A stretch of 64,000 bases of DNA from a virus. The stretch covers positions 42,060-106,059 of the IMG/VR virus record IMGVR_UViG_3300009499_000148. One strand, 5' to 3'. Each line of letters opens with the position of its first letter. Positions within the stretch are counted from its first letter, which is position 1. A model generated the notes under the pieces. It searched no databases. It saw nothing but the letters and a program-made list of their open reading frames with translations, and was not told where the DNA came from. The position numbers and the translations under genes were made by a program. Positions 41,480-51,170 of this stretch are shown here, in pieces.

Positions 41480-41787
41480 AGTCTTTCTGATGCATCCCTT
41501 GCGTCATCATACGTCGTGCCGATTGCGCTGTAAATGTCATTTGGATGATAGCCCTTCACCCAGTAGAGCCCAGAACTTATGTGATACACCTCAGCAAGAA
41601 AGTGATGATGTGCACACACAGATACACCATTTTCGACTGCGTATCCATCATTCGGCATATCATGTCTGTCAGTTATATGGTGTGCGTCGACAGCAGGGAG
41701 CACACAAAAAACGCAACGATGTCCATCACGTTTAAAAACGCCATCTCGAAATAAGACACGAAGCTTCTTAGCCCGAGACTTGTCCAT
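41476..41787 (-). CDS. Small HNH-like nuclease
   Basis: RD...C..C, DAHHI, NG..C..HH. Confidence 0.7.
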   Translation of the reverse strand: MDKSRAKKLRVLFRDGVFKRDGHRCVFCVLPAVDAHHITDRHDMPNDGYAVENGVSVCAHHHFLAEVYHISSGLYWVKGYHPNDIYSAIGTTYDDARDASERL

Positions 41788-42355
41788 TTGCTAACCTCAA
41801 AAACGTACCATTGACAATCGATGAACCCTTCACAAAGAGTTCATCAAGGTGCTTCCACATCTCAGCCTCAATAACACCCTCACCAGAGCATCTACCGCGT
41901 AATTCTGCCTTGAACGTGTCCCATTCTCGTGAATACATTGAAAATGAACCAGCACTTTGTACAGACGTCAATGACCTCACTGACTCTCCAACATTAGCAA
42001 TCCTGTCAGCTAGTTTCACCGTTATTGCGTCTGGCGTTGCCCTGATTTTTGGGTATGTCAGCTCTTGACGTTGCTTGCGTGTTGGTGCAACATGATATGA
42101 GACAGCTCCGACTATATCAGCGACATAATCACCGAATGCAGAACGAACATCATCAATCGATGTCTCAGTGTCTTCAACAACATCATGCAACCATGAAGCG
42201 TCTAGAAGACCCTGTGATAGCTTACTTCCCGCAAAACATCTCATTGTATACACGGTATCGAAAAGATGAAATTGATAAGGCTTATCACCGTACTTTTGTT
42301 CGCCGTGTTTTTCAATTGCGAACCGAGCCGCAGCGCCAACCAAAATAAGCGTCAT
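41768..42355 (-). CDS. HD-domain hydrolase (SpoT/Mesh1-like)
   Basis: H..Q....PY..H, LHDVVEDT, KLADRIAN. Confidence 0.85.
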   Translation of the reverse strand: MTLILVGAAARFAIEKHGEQKYGDKPYQFHLFDTVYTMRCFAGSKLSQGLLDASWLHDVVEDTETSIDDVRSAFGDYVADIVGAVSYHVAPTRKQRQELTYPKIRATPDAITVKLADRIANVGESVRSLTSVQSAGSFSMYSREWDTFKAELRGRCSGEGVIEAEMWKHLDELFVKGSSIVNGTFLRLANGQVSG

Positions 42356-42360
42356 GAATC

Positions 42361-42390
42361 ATTGTATAATGATTACTGTGTCGTATTCAA
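42361..42390 (-). promoter_or_regulatory. Sigma70-like promoter (TTGAAT-18-TACAAT)
   Basis: -10 ends 5 nt before the ATG at 42355. Confidence 0.5.
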
Positions 42391-43401
42391 AGCTACACAC
42401 GTTGTATACAGTTCGTGTAGCAACTTCATCGACCCAACTGCAGCATCATACAACCCACGAGGAATGCATGCACCATCGCTGACATATGAAATGAACTTCA
42501 TGACAGACAGCTGTAATGCGCGCTCATATTCAATCTCAGCATCATATGTGCATCTTTCGACGATGGGTGCTTGTATGAAGTAGCCCCTGTCATCAAATGT
42601 TCTTCTACCACACCTGACAATGAGCTCATTATCACGTATTGAAAAAATGCCATTCGTTCCAACCACATTCATTTCAAACATGAATGGTGTTGCGTATGAT
42701 ACGAGAATGTTCGTTCGTCTGATTCGTGGTGTAATGATAGATGCATTAGAATGAACGATGTTGATGTCTGCAGTGTCGTATGCAGTGCCCGTGGGTGCCA
42801 TCTTCAACGGCAACATCGTTGCATGTGCTGTGTCATGACCGAGTGATGTCCATATCATCATCGCACGCTCAATGAAATGAATACCGAGTGTCTCAACAAC
42901 GCCAAGAGCATGCCTAGTGCCGTCAGACCTCCATGATGTTGTCCATTCATCTTCAAGCGCGAGACCGTGTCCAGCCTTAAATGAGATTGAAATTATGTCT
43001 CCAAGCGAATTAGAGCTGATTAGCTCGTCTAACATAGTGAATGACTTAGCATGAGCATACTGAAAATTGAAGTATATGTGTGTGCTATCATCATCGAACA
43101 ATGCACATAGTTCATCGATTTCATCATGAGAAACTGGCGGCTTTTCACAGAAGATGTACCCGTTGTACAGCATCTGTCTCAATTTTGTGAGATATGACAG
43201 GTGTGTATCATTCGGTGATGCAATGATGATTGCATCACATCCAATCATATCTTTAAACTCTTGAGTGCATCTAGAGTCATCGATTTTTTTATTGGGGTGA
43301 TATAGGTGCGTTACATTGGCAATGGGTTCTATGATGTCCCTGAGCCTCTGTGCATGTCCTGTCAGGCCTATGATGCCGACAGACGGTTTATCTGATGACA
43401 T
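42373..43401 (-). CDS. Gfo/Idh/MocA oxidoreductase
   Basis: GIIG, ASPNDTH, CEKP, GIH. Confidence 0.85.
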   Translation of the reverse strand: MSSDKPSVGIIGLTGHAQRLRDIIEPIANVTHLYHPNKKIDDSRCTQEFKDMIGCDAIIIASPNDTHLSYLTKLRQMLYNGYIFCEKPPVSHDEIDELCALFDDDSTHIYFNFQYAHAKSFTMLDELISSNSLGDIISISFKAGHGLALEDEWTTSWRSDGTRHALGVVETLGIHFIERAMMIWTSLGHDTAHATMLPLKMAPTGTAYDTADINIVHSNASIITPRIRRTNILVSYATPFMFEMNVVGTNGIFSIRDNELIVRCGRRTFDDRGYFIQAPIVERCTYDAEIEYERALQLSVMKFISYVSDGACIPRGLYDAAVGSMKLLHELYTTCVALNTTQ

Positions 43402-43899
43402 GTTGAACATCATGGGTGTAAGCAATGTACCCGCCTCTCTTGAACTTCGGCGCGCTCCTGTAATTAAACGTAGCATGATGCCCAGACAACTTACCTGCGA
43501 CGTAAAAATGTCTTCGTCGAATTATTCTTCGTGGTGTTAAAGCACCGCCGACGACAATCATACCAAGAACTCGTGCTTCACATGATTTGTCTGTTTCAAA
43601 CTGCTTCCCAATGATTCTCGCCGTGATACGTTTCATGATATGCACTTTAGATGTCTTTTTAATGGATTAATCCTAAAACGTGAAGACAGTCCATGCCTTT
43701 CATATTCAACGCTAACAACGATATATACTCCAGAATAATAGACGACTCGAGACACCTTACGTGTGTAGCTCCCACGCCCGGTGATGCATGTCCTGACATC
43801 AAGCTTTCGTGTGCGTCTAAGCTGACGACGCCTTCCAAGTTTATGAATCTCATCATAACTTATGATATCATCACTGATGTTACGCACATTAAACTTCAT

Positions 43900-45039
43900 T
43901 TACGAAACACCACACCTATCACATGGATTAAAGTTAGCACGGGTACCTCGTAGGTGCGCTTCTCTAAGGCGTCTATACATCCCTCCATGCCATGCATCTT
44001 TTATTGACATTGTCATTGCGTTTCCCATCGTAAGACGCGACCTGTAATCAACATCACACGGATTCATCACACCGTCCCACCAAATGTACATTCTTTCAAA
44101 AAGATATGCACATGGCTTCGTCATCTCTGGGTGCTGTGTGTTGTTGTATGTATCCCATCTCTCCTCAGCGTCTGTCATTGCGACAGTATCGACGATACCC
44201 GACCAAAGCTCGAAGAATGCTTTTTCATCCTGCTCTGTCGTCAATAGCGCTGGATTTTTCAATCGAACGCCCGCAACACGTACCTCCGTCCTACTATTTG
44301 GGTAGTGCTCTTTTTTGATTCGCATGAATTCTTTGACGTTGTTCAGCACTGTCTCAAAATCACCCCTGACACGTATCTTTGCATATTGTTCTGCATCTGC
44401 GCTATCGATTGAGATGACGACAATGCTAACGTTGGCCTTGAGTATTGCATGTGCCACGTCTGATGTGAGACGCGTTCCATTCGTGTTGAGTTTAATATCA
44501 AAAAATGCATCCTTTGATGCAGCGTACGCTAGCATATCACTGATTCTTGGGTGGAGCAACGGCTCACCTCGTGATGCTAACGTTACTGCCCTTGTTCCAC
44601 CAGCAGCAGCCTCATCGATGAGCCTTGTGTAGAGGTCATAGTCCATGTATCCCATGTATCCAGACGACTTTTTATTGAATTGCGTATCGACCTGAAAACA
44701 CATCACGCATCGAAGATTACATGCAGACGCAGGTTCAATCAAAAGATATACAGGAAAATCAGACACAATCTTTTGCTGTGGGTATATGCTCATCTTGTAT
44801 CGATAGACGAGATACGGCACTATACGTGCAGGCTCACATTGGCTGATGAAGTGCTGTTCCTGCGGGCCCCACTCAAAAGGAAGTTCATCACATGCATCTA
44901 GGCTGAGCGCGATGTGGTCGGCGATGCGTGCGTCCTCATCATTTAGTCCAGCCGGCGTCAATTCACGAACGCTCTTTGCAGATATACCATCATGACCCTT
45001 TGTCGGAGTTAAAAATCGATAAAATTCATTCTTTCTCAT
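43900..45039 (-). CDS. Radical SAM/SPASM protein
   Basis: CNLRCVMC, GEPLLHP, NTNG, C..C SPASM. Confidence 0.9.
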   Translation of the reverse strand: MRKNEFYRFLTPTKGHDGISAKSVRELTPAGLNDEDARIADHIALSLDACDELPFEWGPQEQHFISQCEPARIVPYLVYRYKMSIYPQQKIVSDFPVYLLIEPASACNLRCVMCFQVDTQFNKKSSGYMGYMDYDLYTRLIDEAAAGGTRAVTLASRGEPLLHPRISDMLAYAASKDAFFDIKLNTNGTRLTSDVAHAILKANVSIVVISIDSADAEQYAKIRVRGDFETVLNNVKEFMRIKKEHYPNSRTEVRVAGVRLKNPALLTTEQDEKAFFELWSGIVDTVAMTDAEERWDTYNNTQHPEMTKPCAYLFERMYIWWDGVMNPCDVDYRSRLTMGNAMTMSIKDAWHGGMYRRLREAHLRGTRANFNPCDRCGVS

Positions 45040-45420
45040 GTGCTTCACTTTCATGTCGTTGTTTATCTTCGCACCAAATCTCACACAACTCGCACCATTC
45101 ATCCTGAGGCCACAATTTCCATGCGATGAACTCACACAACCACATGTAGCGATGCTTAATAAAATGAATGTCGATAAAATCGAGTGATTTCGCTAATAAC
45201 AGCCTCATGCTACGAATGGGTCGCCTGATGTTCATCAATCACTCCGCATCAACTCAAACGTTATACTATAACAGCGGATGTATCACACAAAAAACGCTGA
45301 CATAATATACATCATATAACGTCGAATGACGTTTTTTCATTGCTTAAGCTGATGTCGTGAATCGAACACGAATCACTTTCTTACCAAGAAAGTACTCTAC
45401 CGTTGAGATACATCAGCGCG

Positions 45421-45975
45421 TCATTTTGATAACATTGTGATGGCTGCATCAACGTTCGATGATGCAAATTCACGAGCATCTGCTTCATGAGGAGCGTCCC
45501 AATAACCGTATCTGCGCTCCCAAAAAGTGCATATGTCGTCCCAGCTTGTCTCATAAAGTGCAATCGGGTCATCGGTGATTGACGGCGGTAGCTTCTTACT
45601 CTTGACAAACTCACTTCTAAATGACATATCGTTGTCCCAGCTCATGCGCTGGTTGTAGTGCTGAATTTCGTGAAGAACATCCTCGATGCGCTCACGCATC
45701 GAAACATCTGGGTCATCGTTCAACATCAGCTCAGGATGAACGTACAGCGCTCCGAGCTGTGAGACATCACGATGAAACCCGCCCGTGGTTCGCAGTCTTT
45801 TTCCAGAGAACGCCGAGGTGAATGAGCCTCCCACGTGCTTAAGCTTCGGAGACCAGCGCCCCTGTGCAAATGCACGTATAAGCTTTTTTACGTCAGCATC
45901 AGTCAGGCGTCTGTTATCATCATGACCATCTTCTTCTTTTAGAAGCTTAATAAGCTCAAGCAGCTTTTTCACCAT
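45421..45975 (-). CDS. Zincin-like protein
   Basis: HEIQH..Q; PHE.DA. Confidence 0.6.
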   Translation of the reverse strand: MVKKLLELIKLLKEEDGHDDNRRLTDADVKKLIRAFAQGRWSPKLKHVGGSFTSAFSGKRLRTTGGFHRDVSQLGALYVHPELMLNDDPDVSMRERIEDVLHEIQHYNQRMSWDNDMSFRSEFVKSKKLPPSITDDPIALYETSWDDICTFWERRYGYWDAPHEADAREFASSNVDAAITMLSK

Positions 45976-45983
45976 GATAGATA

Positions 45984-46060
45984 CACCCCCGACAGGAGTC
46001 GAACCTGTATGTGTCCAATTAGCCTTTCAAGCGAGTAGAAATCGCAGGGCATACGAGGGT
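45984..46060 (-). ncRNA. Rearranged tRNA-Arg(TCT)-like RNA
   Basis: 7-bp acceptor, canonical T-arm, GCGA-TT TCT AC-TCGC arm placed before an AATTGGA D-loop-like segment. Confidence 0.65.
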
Positions 46061-46064
46061 TCAA

Positions 46065-46136
46065 AGCTCACGCCGGGAATTGAACCCGGGCCAACTGCTT
46101 ACGAAACAGTCGTTCTACCGTCTAAACTACATGAGC
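46065..46136 (-). tRNA. tRNA-Thr(CGT)
   Basis: Cloverleaf, loop TT CGT AA. Confidence 0.9.
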
Positions 46137-46394
46137 ATCATATTATCATGCTGCGCTGACTTATGATTTTGTGTTTGCTGATACCAGCGCACTGCTTTTC
46201 TAAGAAAGAATGTTGTGAAATGTATGTATGAGTTTTTAATCGAAATACACATGTGGGCCGTGATATGACCATCAGTCTAACTGAGCCGCACGAAAGCCTG
46301 TATATCGATTGCTCTTTATTGTTAAAAACGCATGCTGATATGAATTTTCTTCCTCGCTTGAGGATGCGACAGTCCATCATCATTCCATTAAGTT

Positions 46395-46754
46395 TCACGA
46401 GATTTTTCCATTTTCGTCTTTCAGTCGAAGGTGCGAACCGTATAGCTTAAGAGAGCCGAAGAACTCAGGCCATTTTTCGCGTGGTTTGAACCCGATTGCA
46501 ACCTCAACATCATCGATTGCATCCTCTGTCATGATAAGAAAGTCTCCGTACTTTTTAGACTTTTCAAACTGTTCGTCTGATACGATACACGTCACCTTTC
46601 TAAAGTGCTTACTCTGTACCCATTCCTGCATGACTGGGTCATCCTTGAACTTTAAAAACGTAGCAAGGCTTGTGTGTCCGATTGCATTTGCACCCAGTCC
46701 TATCGGAATAGAACTTTTGACGAGGATGTACATCTTAAGCTTCTGTTCTGACAC
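46395..46754 (-). CDS. Peptidyl-tRNA hydrolase, Pth2-like
   Basis: KMYILV..G....GH..L; RKV..V; G..P; LKL. Confidence 0.7.
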   Translation of the reverse strand: MSEQKLKMYILVKSSIPIGLGANAIGHTSLATFLKFKDDPVMQEWVQSKHFRKVTCIVSDEQFEKSKKYGDFLIMTEDAIDDVEVAIGFKPREKWPEFFGSLKLYGSHLRLKDENGKIS

Positions 46755-47030
46755 AAATGTTCCTTTATTCTTCGGTAAAAAATCCGTCCAATCATCACCC
46801 TACATCACTACCTCCAAAATAGCTCCCACTCTTTTTTATCAACCTTATCTGCGAGCTTACAATATTTTTTTAGAATCCGTGTGTATTGTCGCCCTGGATT
46901 AGTGCTTTCATTGAACCAATGCTTTGGATACCTTTTTTTGATATCTTCAAGCTTGATTTCAAGCTTATCAAGCCTTGCAAACATTGTGTTCAATCGCATA
47001 ATCTCTATTGTGCGATATTTTGCCATACAA

Positions 47031-47117
47031 CGGAGTGTGAGAGATTCGAACTCCCGATACCCTTTCGGGTATGGCGGTTTTCAAAACCGCTGCCTTCAGC
47101 CACTCGGCCAACACTCC
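47031..47117 (-). tRNA. tRNA-Ser(TGA)
   Basis: Long variable arm, loop TT TGA AA. Confidence 0.92.
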
Positions 47118-47123
47118 AACAAA

Positions 47124-47195
47124 TCGCGGGTTTGCGACTTGAACGCAAAACTACGGATTATGAGTCCGTTAAGATACCAATTTCTCCAACCCGCA
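47124..47195 (-). tRNA. tRNA-Met(CAT), initiator-like weak 1:72 pair
   Basis: Loop CT CAT AA. Confidence 0.8.
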
Positions 47196-47252
47196 ATGTT
47201 TAATGATAATACCATTCAACATATGATGTTTTCAACACCATCGCTACAAACA

Positions 47253-47324
47253 TTCGAGCGGAGGGTAGCGCGCCCCCTTTTCACGGTTATCAGCCGTGCG
47301 TTATAACTTCTCTACTACGCTCGA
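47253..47324 (-). tRNA. tRNA-Ile(GAT), atypical T-loop
   Basis: Loop CT GAT AA; T-loop CGCGCTA. Confidence 0.7.
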
Positions 47325-47343
47325 ATAATAAGACAATTGATAA

Positions 47344-47379
47344 AACAATCCACCGGATGTCGCCACCCGATGGATTGTT
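47344..47379. terminator. Long hairpin between gene 47413 and the tRNAs
   Basis: AACAATCCA...TGGATTGTT inverted repeat. Confidence 0.45.
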
Positions 47380-47412
47380 CAATGGTCGTCGATTTGATGT
47401 CGTTTCTACTGA

Positions 47413-47850
47413 TTAGGCTGAGCCAGCAGCAATCGTAATTGAGCCTGAGCCACCGAGGATGCACCAGTTTGCGCCGTCAGACATCAGACAGACTGACGAA
47501 CCAGCAATCGCAGGAAACGTGATAGAGCTTCCATGGCTACCCGTGATGTTTCCAGCAGGGTTGCTGTATCTCTCAACAATCGTGTTGCCAGCATCACCAG
47601 ATGACGTGATTACGTGTGCGCTTGGTGATGTTGAGCGAAAGATGAACATGCTTCCAGGTGATGTTGAGACTGCCGGTAGCGTCATCGTCAGCACACCCTG
47701 TGATGCAGAGATAACCGTGACACCAGCATCATTACCACCCAATGTCGCTGACGCAGTGCGTGTGTTTGATTGCACGGCAGAGATTGAACCCTCGAAGCCG
47801 CTTCCAGGAACTATGATTACGCCTTGGTCTGTGATACGTGTTTTAACCAT
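47413..47850 (-). CDS. Gly/Ser/Thr-rich beta protein, likely structural/decoration
   Basis: TLPA, SDGANW motifs; ATACTTA 5 nt upstream. Confidence 0.55.
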   Translation of the reverse strand: MVKTRITDQGVIIVPGSGFEGSISAVQSNTRTASATLGGNDAGVTVISASQGVLTMTLPAVSTSPGSMFIFRSTSPSAHVITSSGDAGNTIVERYSNPAGNITGSHGSSITFPAIAGSSVCLMSDGANWCILGGSGSITIAAGSA

Positions 47851-47896
47851 GAGCATAAGTATCGTTGCTTTTCGGAAAACACGCTGAAATATGCAA

Positions 47897-47970
47897 AGAT
47901 GTCGGTTGGACTCGCACCAACTATGACGGCATTTGCAGTGCCGTGACTCGTCTGCTTCATCTTCGACACC
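47897..47970 (-). tRNA. tRNA-Cys(GCA)
   Basis: Loop CT GCA AA; U73. Confidence 0.85.
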
Positions 47971-47974
47971 ATGA

Positions 47975-48045
47975 TGCTCCCATGGAGAATCGAACTCCAA
48001 ATCCCCGATTGAAAATCGAGTGTTTTTCCTTTGAACTATGGGAGC
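47975..48045 (-). tRNA. tRNA-Glu(TTC)
   Basis: Loop TT TTC AA. Confidence 0.85.
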
Positions 48046-48060
48046 ATTTACTTATAGAGC

Positions 48061-48762
48061 ATGAAATCATTAAATGCAAAAAAACCATCAATCGTTATCG
48101 TTGATTACGACGTTGGAATTCCTCGCACTGAGCTTGTGATTGTTGCACGTGCGCTTCAGAAACAAGCAAACCAACATTTCGCACAACCCCCACCACATGG
48201 ATACGGCATCGGATGCACTGTTCGTGTCGCGTCAAAGCGCTCTCCTCCAAAAGAGCATGAGTGGTTGATGGGTCTGTTTAAGGATGCTGACCAACCTGGA
48301 GCTCTCGGCTACCACGATGAAACATCATCAGGAATGCCTCTCATGCGTATCTTTCCTCTTTTGGCACCCAACGAACCATGGTCAATCACAGCATCTCATG
48401 AGCTTCTTGAAACATTAGCTGACCCAAACATCTGTAGATGTGCCCAGGGCCCTGATGGCCGGATATGGGCTTATGAGGTCTGCGACGGTGTAGAGGCAGA
48501 CAGCTACGAGATAGATGGTGTTAGGGTCTCTAATTTTGGCCTACCTCCATACTTTGAGCCCCCTCCTGTACTAACTGGTGTGAGATTCGACTACATGGGT
48601 CTTTGCACACATCCGTATGAGACTAGAAAAGGAGGCTACAACCAATATTGGGATGGTCGTGGATGGCATCAGGTGCAAAACTTTCAACGCCATGCAAGGC
48701 AGTGGCTTAATGAAACGGGTCGTGGTGCACGTCGTAGAAAGAAGACGAAAGCAAACGACTGA
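48061..48762 (+). CDS. Zn-metallopeptidase-like protein
   Basis: ALGYH, SHELLETLADP, EVCD. Confidence 0.65.
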   Translation: MKSLNAKKPSIVIVDYDVGIPRTELVIVARALQKQANQHFAQPPPHGYGIGCTVRVASKRSPPKEHEWLMGLFKDADQPGALGYHDETSSGMPLMRIFPLLAPNEPWSITASHELLETLADPNICRCAQGPDGRIWAYEVCDGVEADSYEIDGVRVSNFGLPPYFEPPPVLTGVRFDYMGLCTHPYETRKGGYNQYWDGRGWHQVQNFQRHARQWLNETGRGARRRKKTKAND

Positions 48763-48825
48763 GATAGACTTGAACTATCATCCCAACGCTCCAAAGGCGT
48801 GTGTAATCCATTATACTATCAGTCG
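48755..48825 (-). tRNA. tRNA-Gln(TTG)
   Basis: Loop CT TTG GA. Confidence 0.75.
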
Positions 48826-48829
48826 ATGT

Positions 48830-48900
48830 TTGAGCCACTAGGACTTGAACCTAGACAGAAGCAGTCAGAGTGCAGCATGCTACCATTACATCATAGCTCA
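48830..48900 (-). tRNA. tRNA-Gln(CTG)
   Basis: Loop CT CTG AC; U1-A72. Confidence 0.85.
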
Positions 48901-48903
48901 TCA

Positions 48904-48973
48904 TGGAGTGTATGGGCACTGCCCCCACCGCGTCCGGATTGCAAATCCAGTCTCTGCCCTGTGCAGACACCCC
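48904..48973 (-). tRNA. tRNA-Ala(TGC), reduced D-arm and atypical T-loop
   Basis: G3:U70; loop TT TGC AA. Confidence 0.75.
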
Positions 48974-48975
48974 AT

Positions 48976-50709
48976 TCATTCTATCGCAGCGAACAACGAA
49001 TCTTCCATTTTTGCTTTCACTGACCGAACGTACGCCTGCGTCTCAGCAAATGGAGGAACTCCATCGTATCGCTCAACGTTTGCCTGCCCAGCATTATACG
49101 CGGCCGCGGCAAGCTCGTAATCATTCTCAAACCTATCCAAAAGCTGTCGTAGATGCCTAGTACCAGCATCGATCGCCTGTGCTGGGTCAAATGCATTACG
49201 AAGTCCAAGACCACGGGCTGTCCTCGGCATGATTTGCATTATTCCCTGTGCTCCAACAGACGACACGGCTCTAGGATTGTAGTTCGACTCTGTTCGAATG
49301 ATTGCATCAATGAATGCTGCAGGAACCTCATACCTCTTCGATGCGCGCTGAACAAGCCTATGCAATTCACGACGTGAATACGTTCGTGTCGGTGTTGTCG
49401 TCTGCGATACAGAAGATGTCTCAGTCGGTTGTGCATCATCAATATTGATAGATGTCTCAGGTGCAACAATCGGTTCTTTATGCTTTTTTAGTGTGTGCTT
49501 TTGCGCTAAATTGCTGCCACCCACTGCCTGATGTTTTTGATTGTAATCATCAAGCGCGCCCAACCCGACCAATGATGCAACGAGAGCAGTGTTAAGCTTT
49601 TTACCCTCTTCATACGATAATCTCTTCGGGTGTGCTTTGACATCAATACCCCTTGCCCTGAGAAGCTCTATTCTGCTCTTTAGGTCCTTCAATGGGCTCA
49701 ACTCTTCATGACCCTGATGGGCCGGCTGCCCGAAGCTCCAATCAAGCTTCTTCAGCTTCTTTAAAGCCTCCTTCGGAGAATCAGATGCATTCCACACTGC
49801 AACCATCTCCATCTCAGACGGAGTAAGCTTCTGCTTGTCTGATGCTGCAACGTGTTGTTCAGCATCATTCTCGTCGTCGAATGACATCATGGGCATGTCC
49901 TCAGTGTCATGCACATCTTCAGGCTGCTCAAACTCGACGGGCTCTTCATCTTGAATGAATTCTTCAGGTGGCTCAAATGCATCATACGTGTCTAATGCAA
50001 CGTCAGGATGTTCATCCTGAACAACATCATCAGGAACGACGATGGGTTCATCGTTGAGCTTCCATCGTGTTGCACGCCGGTCGGGCAAATCTCTTATGAA
50101 ATCGTCTCCAAGCTGTTTCTTTAGCTTCCACGCCATCATTTTGATGAACTCTGGCGTCAATGTAGGGTATGCATCGTTGATGTTTTTTACAGCGTCGCGT
50201 CTGTCTTCAGAGCTATCCCAAATCTCTTTAAATTCATCAGGCGTAGGCGTATCTGTTCTCTTCGGACGACCCCTACCTGCCTTCATTATGGGTTGCTGAT
50301 TTTTCATGGCACGTTCAGCATTGATTCTAGAGACCAACTTCGAAAGCTGCATATATGTTATGTTGAGACTCTTCGCAGCAGCAGATACGTTTCCACCCGA
50401 AGCTAGCAGCGCCGACTCGATATCATGAATGGAAATCTCACGCTCTTGCTTCTGTGATGTGGGCGACATCTTCGCTAGCATTCTCCAAGGAGCATCCCTA
50501 TCCTTGAAAGATGGAAGCCTCTGTGAGTCATTTGTCTGTTTGTTGTTGTACTGTTGCGCGCGCATCGCAAGATTGTGGTAGCTTAGTCCCATCTCATCAG
50601 CTAGCTCTTGCAGCGTTTTTCCTGCCTGCCATGCAGCCCTATATGCTTTACCAAACTCGTCTAAATCCCATTTCATCGCTTCATTTAGAAACGAACGCAA
50701 GATACGCAT
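48976..50709 (-). CDS. HTH-repeat protein fused to a C-terminal SLT lytic transglycosylase
   Basis: TES.YNP.AVS..GA.G.MQ.MP.TA, AAYNAG, PPFAETQAYV; N-terminal TLQELADEMG and GNVSAAAKSL. Confidence 0.85.
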   Translation of the reverse strand: MRILRSFLNEAMKWDLDEFGKAYRAAWQAGKTLQELADEMGLSYHNLAMRAQQYNNKQTNDSQRLPSFKDRDAPWRMLAKMSPTSQKQEREISIHDIESALLASGGNVSAAAKSLNITYMQLSKLVSRINAERAMKNQQPIMKAGRGRPKRTDTPTPDEFKEIWDSSEDRRDAVKNINDAYPTLTPEFIKMMAWKLKKQLGDDFIRDLPDRRATRWKLNDEPIVVPDDVVQDEHPDVALDTYDAFEPPEEFIQDEEPVEFEQPEDVHDTEDMPMMSFDDENDAEQHVAASDKQKLTPSEMEMVAVWNASDSPKEALKKLKKLDWSFGQPAHQGHEELSPLKDLKSRIELLRARGIDVKAHPKRLSYEEGKKLNTALVASLVGLGALDDYNQKHQAVGGSNLAQKHTLKKHKEPIVAPETSINIDDAQPTETSSVSQTTTPTRTYSRRELHRLVQRASKRYEVPAAFIDAIIRTESNYNPRAVSSVGAQGIMQIMPRTARGLGLRNAFDPAQAIDAGTRHLRQLLDRFENDYELAAAAYNAGQANVERYDGVPPFAETQAYVRSVKAKMEDSLFAAIE

Positions 50710-50755
50710 GCTAATATATATCGCGTCGTCAATAGAAATTGACAACCTTAAGTAA

Positions 50756-50838
50756 TGCTTAGAGCGGGACTTGAACCCGCACGCCATCAATGACAACAAC
50801 TTCTAAGGCTGCCGCGTCTACCATTCCGCCACCCAAGC
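50756..50838 (-). tRNA. tRNA-Leu(TAG)
   Basis: Long variable arm, loop CT TAG AA. Confidence 0.9.
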
Positions 50839-50841
50839 ATA

Positions 50842-50923
50842 TGCTCCGGGAGGGATTTGAACCCTCATGACATCAGTCGGCGCGTTTTGAATGCGCTGTG
50901 TCTGCCTATTCCACCACCAGAGC
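50842..50923 (-). tRNA. tRNA-Leu(CAA)
   Basis: Long variable arm, loop TT CAA AA. Confidence 0.9.
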
Positions 50924-50929
50924 AATCGA

Positions 50930-51009
50930 TGGACCCAGACGGACTCGAACCGTCAAGCATTGCAGTCCCGTGTGGGATTTCAATACAACGCCCAGACCAA
51001 CCTGGGCCC
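50930..51009 (-). ncRNA. Ala-accepting tRNA-like RNA resembling a stand-alone tmRNA tRNA-like domain
   Basis: GGGCCCA/TGGGTCC-A with G3:U70, canonical T-arm, no D-stem, no anticodon loop. Confidence 0.6.
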
Positions 51010-51015
51010 AAAAAG

Positions 51016-51086
51016 CACGGTGTGAAGGACTCGAACCCTCACAATACGAGTTGGAAACGTATATGCTACCATTACATCAACACCGT
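51016..51086 (-). tRNA. tRNA-Trp(CCA)
   Basis: Loop TT CCA AC; G73. Confidence 0.8.
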
Positions 51087-51094
51087 ATGCGACA

Positions 51095-51167
51095 TGCTTC
51101 AGATGGGACTCGAACCCATACGACCCGGCTTCTCGAACCGGTGACTTTACCATTTGTCCACCGAAGC
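51095..51167 (-). tRNA. tRNA-Leu(GAG), short variable arm, C33
   Basis: Loop TC GAG AA. Confidence 0.7.
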
Positions 51168-51170
51168 AAA

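Noticed and set aside
47975-48045. Opal suppressor or Sec tRNA (TCA in the loop)
   Set aside because: Stem symmetry centres TTC (Glu), and there is no long variable arm.
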